NCBI GenBank assembly: GCA_964440955.1
Contig: CAYTTP010000004.1
Coordinates: forward strand, 1-52,736
Direction of reading: 5' to 3'
From: an uncultured Candidatus Saccharibacteria bacterium
Lineage (GTDB): Bacteria > Patescibacteriota > Minisyncoccia > Phycocordibacterales > WO2-35-19
Length of the DNA: 52,736 nt
Under the pieces are notes generated by a model. It was not told the origin of the DNA. It saw nothing but the letters and a program-made list of their open reading frames with translations, and ran no database searches. Both the position numbers and the translations under genes were made by a program. Below are positions 9,091 through 17,949 of the stretch, one piece after another; within the stretch, counting starts at the first letter, position 1; every line of letters begins with the position of its first letter.

Positions 9091-9490
9091 ATCGTTCCAT
9101 TTTACTACCATGATCCATTCCTTTCAAATGAAGACAACCGTGGATAAGAAGTAAGAGCAAGTAATTTTCGAAAGTTTCGTCAAAATCTTTTGCTTTTTTT
9201 GATGCCACATTTGGAGTTATAAAAATCTCGCCTGCCTCTTTTGAGACTTCGAAGGAGAGGACATCGGTCGCGTAATTTTTGTTGCGATATTGACTGTTTA
9301 GTTTTTTTGAAAGAGTGGGACCAATAAGAACAATTGAAAGCTCATACTTTTTGCCCAAAATATCATCTTTTATCTTTTCAAATGGCAATTTTAAAAAGCT
9401 CTGAGGGGTGATTTTTGGGGATTTTAGACTGGAAAAAACAGAGGTTTTTTCGCCTTCAAACAATATTCCCTTCGAATTTTTAATCTTCAA
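9047..9490 (-). CDS. ybeY: rRNA maturation endoribonuclease YbeY
   Basis: HGCLHLKGMDH zinc motif; TTG start at 9490 chosen because the longer ORF would overlap rpsU; 3' end overlaps the ftsA start by 44 nt. Confidence 0.75.
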   Translation of the reverse strand: MKIKNSKGILFEGEKTSVFSSLKSPKITPQSFLKLPFEKIKDDILGKKYELSIVLIGPTLSKKLNSQYRNKNYATDVLSFEVSKEAGEIFITPNVASKKAKDFDETFENYLLLLLIHGCLHLKGMDHGSKMERYERTYYSRYRRRYL

Positions 9491-9503
9491 TTTTAAATAT
9501 AAA

Positions 9504-9740
9504 TTATTCCAAAGTCCCTGCCATTTTGCCCATCTTGATAAGTTCGCGAATATGAGTGCGCTTGGCAATTTTTTTCAAGGTCTTCTTTTTCTTGACATAG
9601 TCTGAAGGTTTGCGAGAGCTGTAGCGGATACCTCGGAGGCGTGAAAGCACGCCCGAGCCCTGCATGCGCTTGGTAAACTTGCGCAAAAGGCCTAGGTTAT
9701 TGTCATTGCCCGATTTTACGACTTCTACATTTGTTGCCAT
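9504..9740 (-). CDS. rpsU: Ribosomal protein bS21
   Basis: MATNVEVVKSGNDNNLGLLRKFTKRMQGSGVLSRLRGIRYSSRKPSD. Confidence 0.85.
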   Translation of the reverse strand: MATNVEVVKSGNDNNLGLLRKFTKRMQGSGVLSRLRGIRYSSRKPSDYVKKKKTLKKIAKRTHIRELIKMGKMAGTLE

Positions 9741-9771
9741 ATGTGGGGTATATACTAACACACTGCCATTT

Positions 9772-10917
9772 TTACTTCAACAGCTTTTTCATGTGTTCGC
9801 CGATTTGGGATATGAGTACCGACTCTTGAGCGCGGTTCACTGCATTGCGCACAACGACCGAGTTTTCAATCGCTTCTTTTTGGCCAATGAGCAATATATA
9901 GGGTATGCCAGAATTTTCAGCCACTCCTATTTGAGAGCTTAGCTTGTCTTTGGCTATTGAGTGCAAAACTTGAATATTGTTTTTATAAAGTTGTTCGAGT
10001 ATCAAAAAACTTTTGAGTTTGGCCTCCGGACCAAATTGGATGAGATATGCGTCAGGTTTAGCTGGTCGCGCCTGAACTTTTTTCAAAGCTTTTTTGAGTT
10101 TGACCGAAAGACGCAAAACAGTGCCACCTACATCTTTTTTGAAGCCGATCTTTTTTGCCAAACGGTTGAAGCGTTCCCCAAAAGCTAGCTCTTCATCACC
10201 GGTTGAAATAGAGTAGACAGTTTCAGCACCATAAGAAAGATCGTCAATCAGAGTGTTTTGGATAGAGTAGGGTATTTCCAAAACTTCCAAAAATTCGAGC
10301 ACTTCTTTGAAGTGTAGACGTGAGCTCTCAGAAAGAAAGTCAAGAGGTTTTGGACATTCCTTGAGCCATCTTTCCCATTCTGGTTTTTGGTTTAGAAGAA
10401 TGGCTAGAGGATCTTTTTTGGTCGCCTGACGTAGATCAGTATCAAAATTATTATAGTTTTTCTTGACGAAAGAATTCATTTGGCGGGAAAATTCGGCAAG
10501 CGATTCTTTATCGCCTATTGAGTTCACCTTTACTTCCAAATTTTTGAAGCCCAAATCTTTGAAGATAGAAAGTGCCGCCTGAATCGAGACACACTCGCAA
10601 ACACTTTTCAAAGATCCAATCGAGATGAGTGAAGCTTCAAGTCGCATTGGCTTTTTCCTCTCTTTGGAACCTTTGAAAGGACGCTCACAAAAAAGCATGC
10701 ATGGCTGGACTCCGGACATCATCTTTTCATCAAAATACATCCGCAGAAGGGCCGAGTCCTCAATCGAATTTGGAGTCGATCCAAACTGACGGGTAAGCTC
10801 AAAGTCATGAGACTTCACGACTGGAGCCTCAATGGGTTGGAAGCCGAAAAATCTGGCTATTTTGTCTATTTCGGTGACTTGTTTTAAGCCACGCTTATCA
10901 ATTGATGTAAAATCCAT
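9772..10917 (-). CDS. Divergent HisRS-like class II aminoacyl-tRNA synthetase paralog or orthologue
   Basis: C-terminal anticodon-binding-like IPYILLIGQKEAIENSVVVRN; the motif-2 region reads LFCERPFKGSKERKKPMRLEASLISIG, far from the usual FRYERPQ.GR pattern; 381 aa. Confidence 0.5.
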   Translation of the reverse strand: MDFTSIDKRGLKQVTEIDKIARFFGFQPIEAPVVKSHDFELTRQFGSTPNSIEDSALLRMYFDEKMMSGVQPCMLFCERPFKGSKERKKPMRLEASLISIGSLKSVCECVSIQAALSIFKDLGFKNLEVKVNSIGDKESLAEFSRQMNSFVKKNYNNFDTDLRQATKKDPLAILLNQKPEWERWLKECPKPLDFLSESSRLHFKEVLEFLEVLEIPYSIQNTLIDDLSYGAETVYSISTGDEELAFGERFNRLAKKIGFKKDVGGTVLRLSVKLKKALKKVQARPAKPDAYLIQFGPEAKLKSFLILEQLYKNNIQVLHSIAKDKLSSQIGVAENSGIPYILLIGQKEAIENSVVVRNAVNRAQESVLISQIGEHMKKLLK

Positions 10918-10924
10918 GTCGCGG

Positions 10925-11485
10925 CTATTCTCTCACAAATCCGGGCCAAACGCCAATTTTATCGAGCGGCCAAAGACGGACAAATGGCCGGCCGACGATG
11001 TCACTTTTTAAAATCGGTCCCCACACACGCGAATCAGAGCTACCGGCCCTGTTATCACCCATGACAAAAAATTCATCGTTACCGAGCTCGAAATCGAGGT
11101 TTTCGATCTTTGAGTAAACCACATACGGTTCATTTAGTTTTTGAGGTTCACCCCAACCCCCGCTCTCTTTTTTTTGAACAAAAACTTCACCACCAACGAT
11201 TGAAATTTTCTCACCTGGAAAGCCGATAAGCCTTTTGATGAAATATTTTGTCCTGTCCTTAGGATAGCGAATGATCAAAAAATCTTGACGTTTTGGTTCT
11301 TCAAAACGTTTACTTATTTGCTCTACAATAAGGTAGTCACCATTTTTGAAAGTTGGGTAGGAGGAGGCGCCTTCGACTAAATAAGGTTGGGCGACAAAAA
11401 TACGAAAAACAAATACGATGATACCAGCAAGAATACAATACCTTATCAAATCAAAAGAAGATTCTTGCTTTGACTCTACGTTCAT
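10925..11485 (-). CDS. lepB: Signal peptidase I (LepB type)
   Basis: N-terminal TM, GASSYPTFKNGDYLIV, IKRLIGFPGEKI, VMGDNRAGSSDSRVWGP. Confidence 0.85.
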   Translation of the reverse strand: MNVESKQESSFDLIRYCILAGIIVFVFRIFVAQPYLVEGASSYPTFKNGDYLIVEQISKRFEEPKRQDFLIIRYPKDRTKYFIKRLIGFPGEKISIVGGEVFVQKKESGGWGEPQKLNEPYVVYSKIENLDFELGNDEFFVMGDNRAGSSDSRVWGPILKSDIVGRPFVRLWPLDKIGVWPGFVRE

Positions 11486-11491
11486 GAGGGT

Positions 11492-11500
11492 ATTTTAGCA
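11492..11500 (-). promoter_or_regulatory. Extended -10 box TGcTAAAAT, 6 nt before the lepB ATG (candidate leaderless promoter)
   Basis: Minus strand TGCTAAAAT-ACCCTC-ATG. Confidence 0.5.
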
Positions 11501-11501
11501 G

Positions 11502-11586
11502 GTATGAGTCATGAATCAAGAAGTATGAATTATGCAAAAAATATTATATCCTATACTTAATTCATTATTCATTATTCATTATTCAT
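11502..11586. repeat. AT-rich inverted repeat built from ATGAAT/ATTCAT units
   Basis: Left arm GTATGAGTCATGAATCAAGAAGTATGAATTATG, right arm CTTAATTCATTATTCATTATTCATTATTCAT; related copies at 24081, 33152 and 48646. Confidence 0.6.
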
Positions 11587-12112
11587 GTTCTATCTAGTTG
11601 GTCTCGGTAACCCAGGTGAGGAATACGAAAAAAGTCGTCACAATGCAGGGAGGATGGCTGTTTATCACGCAAGCGAAAAACTAAAGGTTCGGGGAGTAGA
11701 GATACTCACTCCGGACACCTTCATGAATCGCTCGGGTAGCTTTGTCGCAAAGCATATAAAGTCAAAGAAAGCCGCTCTAAACCTCATAGTCGTTTATGAC
11801 GACATTGACCTTGCTCTTGGCTCCATCAAAATCTCGTTCAACAAGAGTTCGGGTGGCCACAACGGCCTTGAGTCAGTGATCAAAGCTCTCAAGACTCGCG
11901 AATTTATTCGCCTACGCATTGGCATTGCACCTACAACTCCAACTGGCAAAATTAAAAAGCCAGCAGGCGAGCAAAAGGTGCTCGACTTTCTACTCTCAAA
12001 CTTTTCACCAAAGGAAATCGAGACTTTGAAAAAAGTTTTCAAAAAAACAACCGAGGCAATCCTAATGATCGTAGAAGAAGGGAAGGAAAGGGCGATGAAT
12101 GTGTTTAATTAA
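11585..12112 (+). CDS. pth: Peptidyl-tRNA hydrolase
   Basis: MFYLVGLGNPGEEYEKSRHNAG ... SSGGHNGLESV. Confidence 0.9.
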   Translation: MFYLVGLGNPGEEYEKSRHNAGRMAVYHASEKLKVRGVEILTPDTFMNRSGSFVAKHIKSKKAALNLIVVYDDIDLALGSIKISFNKSSGGHNGLESVIKALKTREFIRLRIGIAPTTPTGKIKKPAGEQKVLDFLLSNFSPKEIETLKKVFKKTTEAILMIVEEGKERAMNVFN

Positions 12113-12147
12113 ACAAAAAACTCCTTTCGGAATTTTTTGTTTAGCTT

Positions 12148-13242
12148 TTACTTCCCCTCTACAAAACTCAAAGCCATCTTTTGTTCTTTTGGATCAAAGA
12201 TATTGATCTTGAAGTTGTAGCTTTTGCCGAGTTCGAGTTTTTCGCGCAATTTCTCTTCACTACCAAACTCTGAAATATGCACAAGGCCAGCCACTCCTTC
12301 TTCAATTGAAGCAAGCGCGCCGTGTTTGTTGAATTTGATGATAACACCACTCACAATGTCGTCTTTTTTGTATTTTTTCGAAGCAGAGCTCCATGGGTTT
12401 TCTTTGAGCGCCTTGATGGAGAGCGATATTTTGCCGTCCTTCACCTCTATCACCTTCACCCGCACCTTGTCGCCAACTTTGGCAAATTTGTGAGGATTTT
12501 CGACCAAGCCCCAGTCTATTTCAGAAATGTGAACCAAACCTTCCAAACCTTCTTCAATCTTGATGAAGATACCAAAATCAACAATACCGGTCACTTCACC
12601 CAAAATCTCATCGCCAAGAGCATACTTGTCGATTATCTTTTCTTTTTCGGTGTTGTCAGGATCCTTCTCAGAGAAAATCAGTTTACCTTCCTTTGAATTT
12701 GCACCAATGATCGCAACCGAGAGCTTTTCACCAACCAATTTTCGAAGTTCATCCAATATTTTGTCTTTGTCACCGTCAGAAATACGAGGATAGTGCTCTG
12801 TTTTGAGTTGGGAAGCCGGCAAGAAACCAGTAATACCTTGCCACATAAGCATAAGCCCACCTTTGTTTGCTTCGGTCACGGTAAGGTCAAAGACTTTCTT
12901 GTCGCGAATTGCTTCCTCCGCATCACTCCAAATCAAAGCCTGCTTCGCTTCCTTAAGCGAGATTTCAATATAGCCTTCTTTGTTATCTGTACCGATGATC
13001 TTGCCAGTGATCTTGTCACCAACATTGATCTTTTTTATAAGATCGCGGGCGTTTATATACTCACGTCCAAAAATAATGCCAGTACCCCAAGGAGGCAAAT
13101 CGACATACACCGCGTTTTTGGCTATCGAAAGGACTGTGCCTTCTATTATCGTATCCTTCTCCGTCCCCAAAACCGCACTATCCATAAAACCACTCATCAC
13201 CGTCGCTTCGCTTGCAACCAAACTTTCATCAGTCTTTTTCAT
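12148..13242 (-). CDS. rpsA: Ribosomal protein bS1 (four S1 domains)
   Basis: Repeated S1 motifs (GTVLSIAKNAVYVDL, GKIIGTDNKEGYIEISLK, GEVTGIVDFGIFIKI, GVIIKFNKHGALASI). Confidence 0.85.
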   Translation of the reverse strand: MKKTDESLVASEATVMSGFMDSAVLGTEKDTIIEGTVLSIAKNAVYVDLPPWGTGIIFGREYINARDLIKKINVGDKITGKIIGTDNKEGYIEISLKEAKQALIWSDAEEAIRDKKVFDLTVTEANKGGLMLMWQGITGFLPASQLKTEHYPRISDGDKDKILDELRKLVGEKLSVAIIGANSKEGKLIFSEKDPDNTEKEKIIDKYALGDEILGEVTGIVDFGIFIKIEEGLEGLVHISEIDWGLVENPHKFAKVGDKVRVKVIEVKDGKISLSIKALKENPWSSASKKYKKDDIVSGVIIKFNKHGALASIEEGVAGLVHISEFGSEEKLREKLELGKSYNFKINIFDPKEQKMALSFVEGK

Positions 13243-13394
13243 TTTGTTATTTTGGAAATCAGACGGTTTTTCAAAGTCTTTGGAATCACTGAATGACTTT
13301 GAGGGTTAGGCCGCCTGAAACTTATAACCTAGAGCTTTTTAAAGCTTTTGGTATAATAACACCATTCTTATAAGAATCAATAACTTAAAAAATA

Positions 13395-14054
13395 ATGAAA
13401 AATTCTATCATGCTCACCGTCCTGGTCGTACTTTTGGCCATTGCCGCATACTTATTTTTTGTTCGCAAATCGGATGCTCCGAGTATTGAGGAATTTACAA
13501 AAACACCTCCTACCACCTCGACTACTTCACTTGCTCATGGGTCTTATACTCTCGACACATCTTCAAGCAAAATAGGTTGGTACGGAGAAAAGATAATCGG
13601 CTCAAGCGAAAAGGGAACCGTCAAACTCTCGTCGGGTTCTTTCACTTTTGGTTCGACGACTAGTGGTAAGTTTGTTATTGACATGAACTCAATAGCAAGC
13701 GAGCCTCACATAGAAATGTTGGTAAAGCACTTGAAGAGTGATGACTTCTTTTCGGTTGAAAAATATCCGACTGCTGTTTTTGAACTCTCTTCGATTACTA
13801 CCGCTTCTGAAGCTAATAAATACAACGTGACAGGTCTCCTGACCATAAAAGGCATCACAAAAAATATTTCCTTCCCGGCAAATATCTTAGTCGATGGCAA
13901 TAACGTTCGCGCAACTGGAGCTTTGGAAATAAACCGCGCCGATTGGCAGGTGCGATATGGTTCGCCATCATTTTTCAACGATCTTGGCGATAAAGCAATA
14001 AAAGACAACATACTTTTGACTATTGACTTATTGGCTACAAAGGTGATACAATAA
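13395..14054 (+). CDS. YceI-like domain protein with signal or TM anchor
   Basis: YTLDTSSSKIGWYGEK..., HLKSDDFFSVEKYPTAVFE, VTGLLTIKGITKNISFPA. Confidence 0.7.
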   Translation: MKNSIMLTVLVVLLAIAAYLFFVRKSDAPSIEEFTKTPPTTSTTSLAHGSYTLDTSSSKIGWYGEKIIGSSEKGTVKLSSGSFTFGSTTSGKFVIDMNSIASEPHIEMLVKHLKSDDFFSVEKYPTAVFELSSITTASEANKYNVTGLLTIKGITKNISFPANILVDGNNVRATGALEINRADWQVRYGSPSFFNDLGDKAIKDNILLTIDLLATKVIQ

Positions 14055-14158
14055 GGGGGTAAGTCAAGTTCTCCAGTTTGTTTTGCGTAGCTTTATCTCG
14101 CTAAACAAGAAGCTGAATTGGGCTTGGTCGTTTATAAAAAGATAATGCAAAGTACGCA

Positions 14159-14437
14159 ATGAAGAAAATTTTCGTAGGCAACTTGCCTTGGAAAACCACT
14201 GACAACGATCTTCGCGACATGTTCTCCCAAAACGGAGAAGTTTCGAAGGCCGAAATTGTCATGGACCGTATGACCGGCCGATCGCGAGGCTTTGGTTTCG
14301 TTGAAATGACAAATGACAGCGAAGCTGATGCAGCGATCAGCGCTTGGAACGGTAAAGACATGGAAGGCCGCGCTCTCACCGTAAATGAGGCTCGTCCTCA
14401 AGAGGCTCGTCCTCGCCGTGACTCTTTCCAAAGATAA
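14159..14437 (+). CDS. RRM-type RNA-binding protein
   Basis: KIFVGNLPWKTTDNDLRDMF (RNP2) and RGFGFVEM (RNP1). Confidence 0.9.
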   Translation: MKKIFVGNLPWKTTDNDLRDMFSQNGEVSKAEIVMDRMTGRSRGFGFVEMTNDSEADAAISAWNGKDMEGRALTVNEARPQEARPRRDSFQR

Positions 14438-14460
14438 TCTCTCTGGATAGAGAATAACAA

Positions 14461-14492
14461 AACCCCGCTGGCATGCCGGCGGGGTTTTGTTA
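14461..14492 (+). terminator. Intrinsic terminator after the RRM gene
   Basis: CCCCGCTGGCATGCCGGCGGGG hairpin followed by TTTTGTT. Confidence 0.75.
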
Positions 14493-14496
14493 TACT
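14488..14496 (+). promoter_or_regulatory. Extended -10 box TGtTATACT, 9 nt before ATG 14506
   Basis: TGTTATACT-TAATTTCAT-ATG. Confidence 0.4.
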
Positions 14497-14505
14497 TAAT
14501 TTCAT

Positions 14506-14949
14506 ATGCCTCGAAAAATTATATTTTTAATCTTTGCTTCTGTTTTCATTTTTCTAATTTTCAATTTTGAATTTTCAATCTTCAATCCCTCTAAAACAAT
14601 TATCATTGGTAATGAAGTTTTGAAGGTCGAGGTTGCCGACAGTGAAGCAGAGCGCGAACAGGGCCTGTCAGGCAAAAAAGGTTTGGGAGAAGATGAGGGA
14701 ATGTTGTTTATTTTTGAGAGAGAAGGAAATTATAGTTTTTGGATGAAAGATATGAACTTTCCTATCGATATCGCCTGGATTTCAAAAGATAAAACTATTG
14801 TGCACATAGAAGCAAATGTATCTCCAACTAGCTTCCCTAGAGTATTTGCTCCACCCAAAACTTCAACACCAGCTCTTTATGTACTTGAAACAACTGCTGG
14901 TTTTTTTGAAGCAAAAAAGATCAAAATAGGCGACCAAGTCCAATTTTGA
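14506..14949 (+). CDS. DUF192-family protein with N-terminal hydrophobic segment
   Basis: VEVADSEAEREQGLSG...GMLFIF...FWMKDMNFPIDIAWI. Confidence 0.7.
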   Translation: MPRKIIFLIFASVFIFLIFNFEFSIFNPSKTIIIGNEVLKVEVADSEAEREQGLSGKKGLGEDEGMLFIFEREGNYSFWMKDMNFPIDIAWISKDKTIVHIEANVSPTSFPRVFAPPKTSTPALYVLETTAGFFEAKKIKIGDQVQF

Positions 14950-15134
14950 TTTCAAATCAGGTAAGAGGCTTCCAAACAAAGGATGATTAGACCATGCATT
15001 TCACACTCCCACCTAATGCATTTTCTAATAGTGTTTTTTTGATTTATCCACAAGACCGGCTTGGGTATAAAATTGTAGAATATGTTGACGATTTTGAGGA
15101 ATTTTTATCAATTTTTAGCAAAATTTTACAAAAA

Positions 15135-17915
15135 ATGAACATTTTTATCACAAAACGTGACGGCACCAAAGAAATTTTCAATGCCGACAAGATCAACCGC
15201 TCGATCGAGCGCGCCTGCCGCGACCTTTCCGACCCTGTCGGTATGGTTGTCCAAATCGCAAACGACACCAGGCTTACTCTATACGACGGCATCACAAGTG
15301 AAGAAATGGATAAAGCGACAATCAATGCCGCCGTACAAAATATCAAAGAAGATGTCGAGTACGACAAAGTCGCCGTACGTCTCCTCCTCAAAACTCTCTA
15401 CAAAAGGATTTTAGGCAAATACGATGTCGACAATGATGCTGATTTAAAAAAGAAGCATCGTGATGCCTTTATCACCTACATCAAAAATGGCATTGCTGAA
15501 AACAGACTCCATCCTGACATGCAAGCCAAATTTGATTTAGAAAAATTGGCTGACGCTCTCATGGTTGAGCGCGATGAAAAGTTTTTGTACTCCGGTCTTG
15601 ATGGACTATTAAACCGTTATGGCATCAAAGACACAAAACAAGAACCTCTCGAAACGCCCCAGTTCCTCTTTATGCGGGTCGCTATGGGGCTCTCCTACAA
15701 TGAAAGCGAACCCACTCTTTGGGCTATAAAGTTTTATAACAAAATGTCCGAGCACGACTATATTGCTGGAGGCTCGACCAATCTTGGCGCCGGTACGACA
15801 AGGCCCGCCCTTTCAAATTGCTTTTTGCTCGAAATTCACGACAATATGGAGCATATCGCAAAGTCTGTTTCGGATGTCATGCTTTTGTCTAAAGGCTCGG
15901 GGGGACTTGGCGCTTCAGTGACAAAACTACGCGCTGCCGGTTCACCTCTTCGTTCAAACTTTGGCGGTGTTTCAACCGGCCCAACCACCTTTGCAAAGAT
16001 CATCGACACTGCTATCCGAGCTATCCAAAGAGGTGGGAAGAAAAAGGGGGCCCTCTGTTTCTATATGGAAAACTGGCACCTCGATTTTCCAGAATTTGTC
16101 GACTGGAAACACAACGCGGGCGATGATTACTTGCGAATGCGTACCGCAAATACCGCCGTCTTCATTTCCGACGAATTTATGAAGCGGGTCCAAAAAGGTG
16201 ATAGCTGGTACATGTTTGACCCAATTGAAACACCAGACTTAAACGAGCTTTATGGAAGCCAATTTTCAAAAAGATACAACGAATATATAGAAAAGGCAGA
16301 GGCTGGGGAAATGCGCGCTTTCAAAAAAGTGCCAGCACGCGAACAATTTAGACAGATAATAGTCGCCCTACAAACAACCTCTCACCCATGGCTCACTTGG
16401 AAAGACACCATCAACCTCCGCGCTCTAAACAACAATACCGGTACCATCCACATGAGCAACCTCTGCACCGAGATTTGTCTACCACAAGATAAGGACAATG
16501 TTGCGGTTTGTAATTTGGCTTCTATAAACTTGGCTGGACATGTCCAAAACAAAGAAATCAAGTGGGGTAAACTTGAGGAGTCGGTCAGACTTGCAGTAAG
16601 ACAGTTGGACAATCTGATAGACATAAACAAACTTCCAATACCTGAAGCCGAAAAGTCAGACAAAGAGAACAGGGCAATAGGTTTGGGAGTGATGGGTCTT
16701 GCTGACACTATCGAACAGTTGGGGATGGCTTACGATTCTGAATATGTTGCTGATTTTGTTGATCGTATATTTGAATTTGTAAGTTATATGGCGATAGATG
16801 AAAGTGCGAACCTAGCTCAAACTCGAGGCTCTTATAAAAATTACCAAGGTTCTCGATGGTCAAAAGGTATGGTACCAATAGACACCATCGTCGAGCTAGA
16901 AAAAGATCGTGGTATGAATGTAACTGTACAAAAAGAAAGTAAGCACAAAGGTTTGAATTGGGATATTCTACGTGAAAAAGTAAGAAAAGGTATGCGTAAT
17001 GCGACCCTTCTTGCTGTTGCTCCAAATGCAAACATTGGTCTTGTAGCGGGGACTACCCCAGGCATTGACCCACGCTTCGCTCAAATATTTTCTCGCAATA
17101 AAATCTCTGGTAAGTATGTCGACATAAATCACAACCTCGTCAAAGACCTCAAAAATATGGGCTTGTGGGATATTGTCAAAGATAAAATCATCGAACACCA
17201 AGGTGATATTTCTGACATCGACGAAATACCACAACACATCAAAAATATTTACAAGACTTCCTTTACCACCTCTCCATATGCTTTTATCGAAGTAGCAGCG
17301 AGAGCTCAAAAGTGGGTCGACCAAGGATTGTCGCGCAACATGTATTTGGAAACACGCGATATTGACGAAACAATGAAGATTTATTCAACCGCTTGGGAAA
17401 AAGGAGTGAAAACAACCTACTACCTCCACATGAAGCCTCGCCATACTGCCGAGCAATCGACAGTAAGAGTCAATAAAGCCGAAGCTTTGGGCAAAACTGG
17501 TTTCGGAGCGGTGTCCAAATCTTTGGGCAACAAAGACAGCGCAAGACCGCTCAATACGCCAATAGGTCAAGGCTTTGCTTTGCCACTCCAAAAAACTTTG
17601 GAGGTTGTAGTGCCGGAGCCGGCAACGATTGAAGAAAAAGTAGCTTTGGTTGAGACAATGCCAGCCCAACCTGAAATATTTAAAGATACCGACTTCGCAG
17701 AGAGCTACGTCGAACCGAAAATCGAACCTGCGCAAGACTATGCTGTACCAAAAGACCCAATCGCGGTGCAAGTTTCTCAAATAGTGAAAGAGAGTAACTC
17801 GCCAACCCCGACTCCTTTTGGTATAAAACCAAAAGAAGTGGTACCAGTAACACAACAAGCAAAAGTCTGTCCAATCGACCCAGCCGAACGCGCCCAGTGT
17901 GATAGTTGTCAGTAA
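15135..17915 (+). CDS. nrdA: Ribonucleoside-diphosphate reductase alpha subunit (class I, ATP-cone) with long C-terminal linker
   Basis: ATP-cone start MNIFITKRDGTKEIFNADKINRSIERAC, catalytic NLCTEI motif, C-terminal Cys pair QCDSCQ; start moved to ATG 15135. Confidence 0.9.
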   Translation: MNIFITKRDGTKEIFNADKINRSIERACRDLSDPVGMVVQIANDTRLTLYDGITSEEMDKATINAAVQNIKEDVEYDKVAVRLLLKTLYKRILGKYDVDNDADLKKKHRDAFITYIKNGIAENRLHPDMQAKFDLEKLADALMVERDEKFLYSGLDGLLNRYGIKDTKQEPLETPQFLFMRVAMGLSYNESEPTLWAIKFYNKMSEHDYIAGGSTNLGAGTTRPALSNCFLLEIHDNMEHIAKSVSDVMLLSKGSGGLGASVTKLRAAGSPLRSNFGGVSTGPTTFAKIIDTAIRAIQRGGKKKGALCFYMENWHLDFPEFVDWKHNAGDDYLRMRTANTAVFISDEFMKRVQKGDSWYMFDPIETPDLNELYGSQFSKRYNEYIEKAEAGEMRAFKKVPAREQFRQIIVALQTTSHPWLTWKDTINLRALNNNTGTIHMSNLCTEICLPQDKDNVAVCNLASINLAGHVQNKEIKWGKLEESVRLAVRQLDNLIDINKLPIPEAEKSDKENRAIGLGVMGLADTIEQLGMAYDSEYVADFVDRIFEFVSYMAIDESANLAQTRGSYKNYQGSRWSKGMVPIDTIVELEKDRGMNVTVQKESKHKGLNWDILREKVRKGMRNATLLAVAPNANIGLVAGTTPGIDPRFAQIFSRNKISGKYVDINHNLVKDLKNMGLWDIVKDKIIEHQGDISDIDEIPQHIKNIYKTSFTTSPYAFIEVAARAQKWVDQGLSRNMYLETRDIDETMKIYSTAWEKGVKTTYYLHMKPRHTAEQSTVRVNKAEALGKTGFGAVSKSLGNKDSARPLNTPIGQGFALPLQKTLEVVVPEPATIEEKVALVETMPAQPEIFKDTDFAESYVEPKIEPAQDYAVPKDPIAVQVSQIVKESNSPTPTPFGIKPKEVVPVTQQAKVCPIDPAERAQCDSCQ

Positions 17916-17949
17916 ATTTTCAATTTTTAATCTTTAATTTTTAATCTCT

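Noticed and set aside
14950-15134. An NrdR box or B12 riboswitch upstream of nrdA, and the 47-codon N-terminal extension of the nrdA ORF
   Set aside because: No convincing 16-bp NrdR palindrome or cobalamin core was found; there is only a 7-bp inverted repeat (ATGCATT/AATGCAT). The ATP-cone begins at Met 15135.
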